DNA from: Schizochytrium sp. TIO01
Taxonomy: Eukaryota; Protista; Bigyra: Labyrinthulomycetes
Direction of reading: 5' to 3'
Assembly (NCBI GenBank): GCA_004764695.1
Contig: SMSO01000033.1
Location: 1,984,001-2,048,000, forward strand
DNA: 64,000 nt
The translations under genes were made by a program, and so were the position numbers. Every line of letters begins with the position of its first letter. Position 1 is the first letter of the stretch. Shown in pieces: positions 12,260-23,943 of the stretch. The notes beneath the pieces are model-generated. The model was not told where the DNA came from. It saw nothing but the letters and a program-made list of their open reading frames with translations, and did no database searches.

Positions 12260-15200
12260 TTATGAAGACGATACTTGTTTAGAATTAACCGGTCCGGCAG
12301 GTATAGACCGTACGACTTGCGTTTGATTGGCCATAACAATTTGGCATTGTTCAATAATTGTGGCAAAACGCTGATTTGTTAGCGCATGTGTCTCGTCCAT
12401 AATACGTCGAGGGTTTCCATTCAAAGGTTTAAGAAAGGGGTGCTCGCCAATTGCGTCAAGCACCGTGTACGGGTTAGCGACTTCACGAGAAGTTTCCATA
12501 GAAGTCATGAGTTTGGCAATGTCTACTGGGGTGCAAAGTCTAATAGAGAGAGCGAGACGAAGAAACAAAAGAGCTGCGTCTCGGTGATGAAGTGAGTTAA
12601 GTTTAATATTCGTCACAGTGTAACCAGGGATTCGGCCGATGCTCTTAGAGCTAGTCATGAGGATACACATTCCTTCCACCTCATCCGCAAGACGCCCCAA
12701 AAACGTGCGAAAACTGGGATCATTGTTGTCAAGCTTATCGCACCCACAGAGAAGAAGCAAAAATTTTCGATAACGCAAGAGCTCAAAAAGTTGTTCTCGA
12801 CGGACCTCTTCAGCATCTGCATTGTCGTCCTCGCCAAACGAAAGAGACGCAGTTTTAAAAGAACGACCGCCATGACTATTAGGAGCGCTGTGCGGGTCCA
12901 CAGTTCGGTCACGAAGTTTCTTAACGAGCTCACTAACAGACTCCATATCATTTGCACGGATGAGAATAGCTCCTTGAGGGAAGTTACCTCGACGAAGAGC
13001 ATAATTAACGACAAACGATGCAAGAGAGAGCTTGCCAATACCTGACGGGCCAGTGCAAGACACTATACGGCGAGTCATAATTGCTGCAAGCAAGTCGTAG
13101 GCTTGTACGTTACGCCCAAGGAATTCTTTTGGTAAAGCAGAAGAGACAAAGCTACCCCACCAAAGCTTCCGGCGTTCTTCCTGGCGTTCCTGATCTTCAG
13201 GCAAGCCAGACACAATTGCATCTCCGGATGGCCAGCGTTTGAGCTCCGAGCGACCTGGGAAAATAGGAACGTCGTGGTTTCCATCTAGTGGTAACAGAAG
13301 AAACTTGTCTGCTTGATCAGGGCGGATTGCAGGAGCCATTGATGCTGCCATTCCAGAAACACGAGACTGCTCTTGCGCACGAACAGCTTGAGTTGCTACC
13401 TGGAAAGCCCGGCGCACCGTTCCACCAATCGCAAGCTCGAGATAAAACCAACGTGTGAATGCCTGTGCAGCAGTATCTTGCAAACGTTCGGAAACCTTCA
13501 CGCAAACCACGTGCGGGACACCTGCGTCTACAAAAGCCTGGCCAGCATACTCAGAATGGCATGCTGAGACAAATGCAAGTTTTACCTTGGAGGTACCAGG
13601 GCCACCAGAACCACTACCAGCAAGATCACGAAGTACAGATGTGGCTACTGGACGTGCACCGCCAACCTGGTCTTCAAACAAAAGTGCGTCGCGGCAACCA
13701 TGGCCTGAATAGTGTATCGCACGACAATGCAATGTAACCTCAGAGCGAAGGCGATCGAGAGTTGCGAAACCAAAAGACAGATTAATGTCACGTTTTGCGT
13801 CTTGAAAAGTTTGCATCAACATTTGACGCTCAGTTTCGTATTCAATGCTAGCACATGCAAGGGGTTGGCCGTCTGGTCCAAAATGTACGAGGGGAATTGA
13901 AAAAAGGACACAGAGGCGAGGACGAAATCCATCACGTTCATCTTGGAGAATGTCATGGACCATCGGATGCATGGTGGGTTCACCTGCATTTGGTGACACT
14001 GTTCCCATAGACATGGATGACGAAGAAAATGAGCTTGAAGATGCTGAAGCCATTTCGAAGCTTGAACTGCCGCTGATCATGCTGTTTGAGCTGCCAGCAA
14101 ATAAATCAAGGTCACCATTACTTGGGGATGAGGCAACAGCAAGAGCTGAGTCTGACTCCCACATGGACGGGTAAGTTGACGACCATTGAGACTGGCTACG
14201 CCGAACTTCAGTGAAGTCTGACTTAGCCCGAGTAAGAAGATCTCTTTTGGCTTTTGCCAATAGGTTTTCAGCATAATGAGCACGTACACTGAGCATTGCT
14301 TCTTGAATAAATGAACGGTCAAGCTCGCGCAAGCCTTTGCAGCCATTTAAGCCAATGAAGTGGGGGCAGTGAACACGAAGGGCAAGGCAAATTTCTTTTC
14401 CTGAAACCTCACCAAGAACGTTGTCGCTAAGATCGACCTCAGATAGGTGAGTGCCTGTTTCTAATGCCTCCACGAGGGCACATGTAAGAATGCTATCTCC
14501 TGTAAGGCGACATCCTCCAAGACCTAATGCTCTCAAGCGGGAGTGAGGAGATGCGGCACGTCGAAGAAGGGCACTTGCAGCCCGGGATCCAACTGGCATA
14601 TTGCCAATGAAGAGCTCATGAAGTGTTCCTGGGCTAGACTCAGAACCAAGGAGTGGCATGATGCTAGAATCCTTCTCCTCATTGAAGAGTGCCTGGAACA
14701 TCTTTGTTGGGAAGCCGAGGATTGCGTTATTGGAAAAATCCAATCCTCGCACAGCGGAAGTAGCGGTCGACGCATTGGCTACTGCATCAATAATGGATGC
14801 ACAATGAGCATCAGTGAGGCTATTTCCACTAAAATCAAGCCAGCGTACGCGAAGCTTAGCAGGCGGGGTTGATGAATTGAGGCTGCTACGTGCTACAGTA
14901 GGCTGCATCAGACTGAGGATCGGTTGCAAATCGCGACCAGAAAGACCACTTTCCCGAATTGAGAGACCAGAGAGATTCATAGACAAAGTTCGTCGAAGTG
15001 AAATGGCTTTAGCAACAAGAGCGACATCCTTACCCCGGCAAAGAAGATTGTCAAATGTGAGCCATTGAACTGATTCAGGCAAAAATCGAACGAGCTTAGC
15101 AATAGCCTTGATGTCAATGCGGTATTCGAAATCAGAAGGTCCCATGAGCACAAGAGATGTGATAGAAGGGAATCGACGCAAGCAGTCAAGCAAGTTCTCA

Positions 15201-18200
15201 ATGAACTCTTCGTTTGGGCATTTAATGCACTCACGCACACAAAGTGTCCATTCCTGAAGATTACTGCTGCTCGATCTTTCACTGTTTGAACCTTCAAGGG
15301 CGACCACAGGATCATGCGTGAGAATAATTTTCTGTAGAATCGATCCAAACTGTTTTGTCAAATGACGGCTTGAGGGAACCACGATGGAAAGCGGTAGCTC
15401 TGGAAGAAGCGGCTCTGACAACATGCTGCGATGACCTTGGCGAGCATAAGGTAGAAGATAGTAACGCCGTTCCAGAAGGCTGGGGATTGTTTGCTTGAAC
15501 ATCTCTACATACCAGGCTGGCATACTACGCATAATGCCATCAATGCTCACAGCCGCATCATCTCGAAGAGGACCGAATGCAGATGGTTCTAGAGCAAAGC
15601 CTAATTGTTTTGCCCAGGAAGTGACATAATTCTTGGAGATTGTGCAAAGTTTTTCATCAACTTCAACGGAGGGCTTCGGGTTGGTCTCTGAGCCAACAAA
15701 TCCACGTAGCCATAACGGTGGCTCGTAGACTGGCGCACCTTTGTGATTGGAGAAGAAGCGTCGAAGAGTAGCAGCGAACGCGCAGTGAGTTGATACCTCC
15801 TTAGCTTTAAGAAGAATGTTCTCTGCAGGGACTTTCCAAAACTCGCTTGCCTTCTGTTTTAAAGCAAGGGAGGTAAGGGTTTGAAATTCAAGTGAGGCTT
15901 GAATGCGGGCCCATACACGAAGAACCTCGGGGTTACCTGAAGCACGATGAACGTCATCAATGCCGTCATCAAAGCCAAGAGCAATCAGAACATCTTCCCC
16001 CTGCTCCTGGAGTTGTCGATCTGAAAGGTGCACTCCTTGGGGTCCACCAAGCACCAAGTGAACAAGATCACGGAGAGCGCTATTGATGATTTGAGGACGG
16101 AAGATCTCATTACCTGGGCATTCCGCAATAGCAGCAAGAAGTGTACACAGAGCAGATTGCAGAACTGGAGCAGGGTAATGCAAGATTGCGCCTACTGTAT
16201 TGATCACTGCAGTAACATTCTCCACGTAATTAATCGAAAGGCGTTCCCAGCGTTTTGGCACAGCAAGATCTTTGCAAATAACAGTGTAGTAACCACACAA
16301 GATACGAATAGCTTGGTGAGCTACTTCAATTTCTGCGCCGGGTGGGTCAATAAGCACATACTGTCGAGACTGAGAGGAGTTCTGAAAACCTTCCGGAAGA
16401 CCAAACAATTGCTGTAGAGTCTCAAGAGCATACTCAACACCTCCTGCCAAAGCTACTCGTGTGGATGAATCTGCGGAAGCATTTGCGAGATTGCCCAACA
16501 CGGTTGCTGCCGCCAAGCGGACTTGATTTCGTGCACTCAGAAGTTCGGTACTATCGTTGGCGATATTGCTGAGCGCAGCTTGGGATGTCAGTCGCAAGGT
16601 TCGAATCATGACACGTGCCACAGATTGTTTGGCAAGTGCATCACATGCATCACGGCCAAGTTTGCTAAGCTGAAACACGGCTTGCAAAGTGTAGAAAGTA
16701 ATAAGATCATCCTGGGCACGGCACAAACGCGTAAGGGCACGGGCATGGGTCGCAATTACACGCCAAGGCAGGGCTTCACTACTAAATGACGATTTGTTGC
16801 GCTTGGTAGCTCTTGAAACAGCGTCGGAAATGTGCATAAACGTAATAGCAAGGTAACGAAGCTCCTCTCGACGTTCACGTGTCTCAGCTGAAAGAGTATC
16901 GTCACCCCCCCCAGCTTGTGCATGTCCAGCAAGAAGCCCCAACACGCCGTCAGGTTCTTCGCTGCTGGAAGTACTAGGAAGGGCACTGCTATCTTCATTC
17001 AAACTTTTGGCACTTGAGGACGAAGATGAGGCTGTTGCAGCTAGGCTTGGCCGACGCCTAGCAAACCTGGCAGCCGCGGGAATAGGGACTGGTCCTTGAA
17101 CAACAGAATCTGGGCGAAACATGACGTCCTGGACTTCGGAAATTGCATTGGTGGGTCCAGTCAGGGAAGACCCAGAACCATCCGATCCAGAAACTAGAGA
17201 TGCAGTTGCAGCAGATTCGGCAACGGGTGGCGCCTCGAGCCCCATCGATTCGTTCACTTTCTCATTTGATACAATAGCATCAGTTTCATCCCGCTTCACG
17301 CCAGTAAGACAATGGCTAGCAAGGCTACCCAAGATCGCTGGTGCATCGAGCTCTAGAAGCTTACGTTCACAAGGTCTCAGAGATGCCAGAATCGCAAGCG
17401 AGGCTGCAACACTGGTTCGTGTAGCAGGAGGTAGGTTTTGACGGTTGCAAACCTCAAAAAGAGCTTCAACAACGCCACGAGAGAGGAGCTGTCCAACAGT
17501 CCACCCCACCATGACAAGGTCGACCTCTTGGCCAATAAATGGTTCAACGCCACTAATATCTGCTACAAGTTTTGGTGCAGCAGCTGCAGAGAGCCAAAAT
17601 ACAGACCGAGTTGCATGGTAGACAATTATATCATCATCAGCTTGAAGAGTTTCTGCTAGAGTTTCCAGGGTGTGTTCCTCCAGGAGAACTTGATGGGCTT
17701 TTGCATACTGGCAAAGAACGGAAATAGAGTAAATGGCAAACTGACGAGCCTCAACCCATGCCTTTCGAACATCTTCAAGATCATCTTCCAGGAGAGTGCC
17801 GTCCTTATCGCTTGAGCGGGGAGGAGCATTATCAGGTTTTGAAGACCGACAAACCTCAATCAAGAGAGGTACTGCATTTTCCACCATTGTCTGTACCCAC
17901 TCACCACGCTGATCAGTAACATCAGCACCTGGGAGGACGTTGCCATTGGCTAAGCGTAGGCTGTCGCGGTAGGCAAGAATCATGCACAGATTTGCCAGAG
18001 CTAAAGATGACTCTCGTAGAGTAAATGCGCAATTGTCACGGCCAGAACTCCATGAGGATGACTCACAGCAAAAGCACTGGCGTCTGATAAGCACACCACA
18101 TGCGTGGATGATGCTTGAAAGCTCAGCTACAAAGCTCTTTGCGACAAAACGTGGGTCGAGTCTAGGATCAAGTTCTGTTTGAGCAGAAGAGGTTGTATTA

Positions 18201-21200
18201 GAAAGAGAAGCTGCTGAGGTGGGCATTGGGGGCTCTTCTTCGGAGCACATCGAGGGACGACGTAGACGCGATGCTGAGTTCTGGGGAACCGCTCCAAACC
18301 TACGCGTAGACCCCGAAGAGCTTGAAGAAGAGTCAGAAGTTCGATGGTTCATAGTTGTAGAACGATCTGCTGAGAGGGCATTAACACCCTCGGTGCTGAC
18401 CCAAGATCCGCAAACAATAGCAACAATAGCGGTGGCTACAGAGTGTTTTAATTTCAAATTCTTGCGGCATCTGGCGCTTGCAAGAACGGTGGCTAATGTG
18501 CTCATGGCACCTTCTTGATATGCGTTGACACGGCTCCAAGTGCGAATTTCCACATTTTTCTCTGAATCTCGGACTAGGTAAGCCAGAGCACGTGCAGAGT
18601 TGAGTTGAGCCTGTTCACTGCCCCCACGTAGTGTGCACAAAAGTTCCTGAGTACTATCTGCGAGACCCTTGGACATGTTGTAGGTTTCACTGGGACGGAA
18701 AGCCTTCTCTGCTTCTTCGACAGAAGCAGGGGGCAGGCCAGACTCAACACGGCTCCTGAACATAGCTGTATGATCGATAACTGCAAGGAGGCTATCATTG
18801 AGCTCTAATAAGTCACCAAGAATGGCATCATCAGGAGTTTCGCAAATGAGATTGTAGATCCGGTGACGAAGAAGAATACATTTTTCCTCTGTCAAGCTAG
18901 CTTCCTCAAGAGACTCAGCGGCCTCATCACGATCAGTTCTTGTGAAAGTTTCGAGTTGGGCGCTAAGTTCGGTGATATCGGAGCGCAGCTGTTCGAGGCG
19001 TTCACGAAGAGCCTCGGTAGTTTCCATCGCAACTTCTTGAACCACAGCCTCGCTCAGCGCTGGTGCCACGTGAAGGTCTACCTTCTTCAAAGTGGATTTT
19101 GTCGAGAGAGCAGATATATCGGGAGTAGAGCTTGAGGCCGATGACCCGTTCGAGGATAGCACAGGTTGTACAGCGACCTGCGACTCCAATATGCCTTGAA
19201 TGCGGGAAGTCATACGCGTGGTGAGTTCCACAGCTTCGGAAAGGTGACCAGAGGTGGTTGTATTGGAAACGTCGCTACCCGGTTCCGAGGCCTCACCGCG
19301 ACTCTTCTGGCGCATCGAACCAATGTTTCCTGGCGTGGGCGGAGCGTCAGCAACAGGGTTACTACTTCCATTTGAGAAGATCCTCGCAGCCATTGTGGCT
19401 ACATCAGTAACAGGCTCTTCATTTACTGGGTTTTGGGTGCCCATTTGGCTGCGGGATCTCTTTGCCACAACAGACATACTGCTGTCGCGGCGAAGAGATC
19501 GCAGCATCCGACTGGGACGGGAATCGGTATTAGCTTCTTTGATCATGTTAAGACCCAGGCCGCGGTCAATCGTCCGGAGCACACCCTCCGGAGCAGAAGT
19601 AGCAGCTGGCGTTGGTGGTACGGCTTCGTTCTCGGAAATATCGGCATCACCGACAGAAGCGGATTTAGTCATTGACATGTATGATGTTGTAGAAGATGAT
19701 GCAGAGCTTTCTCTCGATTTTTCTCGACCAATCTTTAAGTGCACTGGTGTAATCATAGCAGGATGAGAGCGACGTACCTTACCAAGACGAGAGCTGTCCC
19801 AGCAAAAGGTTTTATCGCCAAAGTTTACAGAAGCATGAACACAGGGGGAGCGAATACCAAGCACAGGAAAGAGACTGGAGGTAGTTGGGATGGACTCAAA
19901 CTCTTTGGAGTTTGGCGCGATCTTGAATGCCACACCGGCAAGCTTGCCATTACGAGTGAAAAAGACGTGGCGCTTGCAGGGGTCCCAGCCGCAACCAATG
20001 ACATCATTCGGCGCAAACTGAGGACAGAATTGGCTGGCCGATGTACTGGCCATGCTGGCAGCTGAGCCAGCAAAAAGGCGGCCAGAGGAATGCAGAGCCC
20101 ATGAACCAGGATTCCATCCAGGGTAATTAATTTTGTCTGGTGTTGTGGCAAGTTCAAGGCCAACGGCAACTTCACTGCCAACTTCGAGGCGCTGTAAACG
20201 AACCTCGAAGTAGAGAATTTCATCGTCGGCCATGTCGTTCTGGTATCCATTATCGCTTTCTTCCATGCTTTCCTGTTGTTTGGAGTCATCATAGTGTCTA
20301 CTGTTGGTGCTAGTGTTGCGGTGAAGTGAAGTGGAGGTCGTGTTCTCGTGTGCTTGCTGTGTTGCTATTGACTTTCTGCGATTATTGCTAGCGTTGTTCC
20401 CGAGATGGATGTTGTGGTTACCGCTGCTACTCGTATTCTGTGCGTTTCCCTCGTCTCCTTCTGCGATAGAAGAGGAAGAAAGGGTGTCACTGTTGTTGAG
20501 GAAAGGAAATCCGACATCACCGCAAGCGACAAAGAGAACTCCGGATTGCCATGTTTCTCGCTCACAGGTTTTCAAACCTGTACCGTTAGAGGTGAGGCGG
20601 GCCGCTGTGCTTTCTGCACCACGTGCTAGCACGAGTCGCGTCGGCCCGTCGTTGAGAAGGCTCCCAACGGAGGCAATCCGCGATGTCATGCGGAGATAGG
20701 GTGGGCGGCTGCGGTTGTGATTGTGACTGAGTACGTGACGATTATTCCGGCGAAGAAAATCAGCGTATTCTTCGTATTCTTCTTGTTCTTCTTCGTCAGA
20801 AGAATCCTCGCTCTCCTCGAGAAGGCCGTCGTCAAAGTAGTAGGGGCGCTCTTCTTGGTGGTTATCCTGCTGTTTAAATTGCTGCTGATAATGATGGTCT
20901 TGTCCTCCCAAGTCTTCCCGAATACGTCCCGCTGTTTCCCTTGCTGCGCTCGACGCCGCCTTTTCCACCGAATATGCACTGCTGTTATATCCCTTGCTGC
21001 TAGCGCTGGTGCTGGTTTTGCTTTTGAAAGTGCTGTCTCCGACAATTGCCTCCGCGGGGGGCGTGGCAAAGCTGTCACTGGCGGTGCGCCACACAGGGTC
21101 TCCCACGAAGCTGAGATACGGCGATGAGAAGCGAGGGTTGTTGAAGGCCTCCTCTTCGTAGTCTTCACCACCTGCTGCAAGTCCTCCCGCTCCGAGGACT

Positions 21201-23900
21201 TCTCCGCCCTCTGTGAGTCTCCCTTGCGCGATGAGTAAGGCCCTTGCCCCGGGGCTTGCTGGTGCTGCTGTGGCTGCTGCGGAGGCAGAGCACGTCCGGG
21301 GAGGCGTCCTCGTCAAAGACGGTGAATAAGAAGAATAGGAAGGAGAAGATGACGGAAATGGAGGAGAGGAAAATGAAGCACGAGTAAGCGTCGAAGAGGC
21401 GCCAGTGGCAGCAGCGATAGAAGGAGGAGAGTGAGAAAGAGGAGCAGCTGCTGCTCTCGCTTCTGGTGTCCCTTCCTCCCTGAACAGCCGGAGTTGCTGC
21501 TCCTGGTGTCGGCACTGCTGTTGAGGATGTTGCTGGTGCCACCACGCCGTGGCTCGGGCCAGACCCTCCTCGGCTTGAGCTATTGCTGCTGTTGATGCTG
21601 CGGCTCCCTGGTCTCTTCCGCTTCCTCGTGCTTTTCGTCCTTCTCTTTCTTCTCTTTCTTTTCTTTCTATTTTGTCGATTCTTTCTACTCTTTCTACTCT
21701 TTCTTTTCTCTCCTCTTCAACAAGAAATTGAGGATGTTGATTGAAAAGAAGTAGTTGTTGTTGTTCTTGTTGTCGTTGTCGTTGTTGTTGCTTCTGCTGC
21801 TGCTGTTGTTCATTAATAAACTTTCTTCTTTCTCTTTCTTTTTCCCCCATCAGCATTTCCGATTCTTTTTCTCGACGCTCTTTGAGTTTCCTTTCCTCCT
21901 TCTCCTTCTCCTTCTCTTTCTCTTTCTCTTTCTCCTTCTCTTTCTCCTTCTCTTTCTCTTTCTCTTTCTTTTCATTTTCATTTTCATTTTCATTTTCATT
22001 TTCCTCCTCCTGCCCCTCTGAAGACTTCCTTTTCTCCTGGTCAAGGTCAAGACATTCTCTCTCTGCTTCCTCCTCTTCTTCCTCTTCCTCCCTTTCTTCC
22101 AACTCCCCCCGATGCATGAAAAGACAGTGTTCATCCCCTAAGCCGCTGCTACCGGGACTCCTAGCCGCGCTCCCTTCATTAGCAGCTTCTCTACTAACTT
22201 CTTCAGCTTCTTCAGCTTCTTCAGCTTTGAGTTGAGAAGAGCGAAAAGCGGAAAGAGAGAGCGCCCTCTCTTCGAGTTCCCTCTCTCTCTGCAAGATGGC
22301 CTCCACGAGGTTCTCGTCAAGCACTCTTGCCCTCGCTCTGCTGCTCTGGCTGCTCTGGCTGCTCTGGCTGCTCTGGCTGCTCTCGCTTCGACGCATGCTC
22401 ATGCTCGTGCCCGTGCTCGCCCTCGCCGCACTCGGCCCCGAGCTCATATCGGACTTGCAGCTTGTTGAGCTGCTTGAGCTGCTGCTTGAGCTGCCAATGT
22501 GGCTCGCTGTGTTTGTGATATTGATATTACTGGTCTTCTCGCTGGCCATCTCGATTCTGCGCGCACCCGTTATTGCTGCGATTGTTGCTGCTGTTGTTTT
22601 TCTTTCTCTTTTCTCTTCTGCTATTAGAGGGTCTAGTCCGAAAGCATGCGATCCTGAGATCTGTGAAGCAGGTGAATTAAGTGAATCAGATGGATCAGAT
22701 GGCGCTGCTGTGCTGCTACCACTGCTACTGCTACCACTAAAGAGAGCAGCAGCGCCAGTCTTGGAGGCAGCGCTACTCTCGGCCCTACGGATCCCGGTAG
22801 GACTAGAAGAAGAAGAGAGAGAAGAAGAAGAAAGAGAAGAAGAAGGCAATAACAGCGCCCCACTACTACCACTTCTCCTAGCACCGCCGTTGCTTTGAAA
22901 ACCTGAGTTTTTCTTTGAACAACTTGGAGTTCGACTATCCCTGGAAGCTTCCAGCTTTGCTTGCGCACGTCCGGACAGCTTGGGAAAGCACGACTCGTGC
23001 TCGTTCTTGTGGTTCAGGAGCGGGTCCTGGCTGTCAGCTTTCGACAACTTCGCGTTCTTCTCCACCTCCTCGAGGTTCAACTCCTTGAGCTCCTCCTCCC
23101 CGTCCTGCTGCTGCTGGTGGTCCTTCTGCTGTTGGTGCTGCTGCTGGTGGCGCTGCTGGTGGCGCTGCTGGTGGTGCTGCTGGTCCTTGCCCTTGCTTCT
23201 AGTTGTGAGCACCAATTCGCTGTCAATGTCGATGTCAACGATGGCCCTGCCGATGCTCTCCTCCTCCTCCGTCTCCTTTGAGCTGAGATCACTTCTGAGA
23301 TCGATGATGCTGTGAGTGCTGCTCAGCGCCTCTCTGTCTTCTCCACTCCTGTCTCCACTACCACTGTCTCCAGCAGCACAAGCCGCAGCAGCATGGGCAG
23401 TACTGGCAGCAGCAGGATGGGTCTCCTCCTCCTTTTCCTTCTGCTTCTCCGTCCTTTCACCACCACCGCCACTAATGTCGCTGCTGCTGCTGCTGCTGTC
23501 CTTGTATGTGCTGCTGCTGTCCTTGTATGTGCTGCTGCCGTTGTATGTGCTGCTGCTGTTGTTGGTGCTTGGCTTTGACGAGTTCAAGGTCTGCTCGTTA
23601 GCGCCACTGCTAGAGTATTCCCCATCCCCGCCCTCTCTGGTTGCCTCCTTCTGCTGCGCATCATGAAAAGTTTTCAGGACCGCCTCAGAGTGCTGTGAGG
23701 AGGAGGAGGAGGAGGAGAGAAGTGGACTCTTTTTTCTGCAGCTCGTGCCAGCTTCGGCTGCTCCTCCCCCTACAGTTTCGTGTAGACCCCTCTCTACTGC
23801 CAGACCTTCTTCTGCTACTATCGTCTTTCCTCTCTCGGCTCCGAGCAAACTACCAAGTTTTAAAGCGCAGGCGACGGCAGGCTTCATCGCAGCACTATTG

Positions 23901-23943
<43 letters not shown>

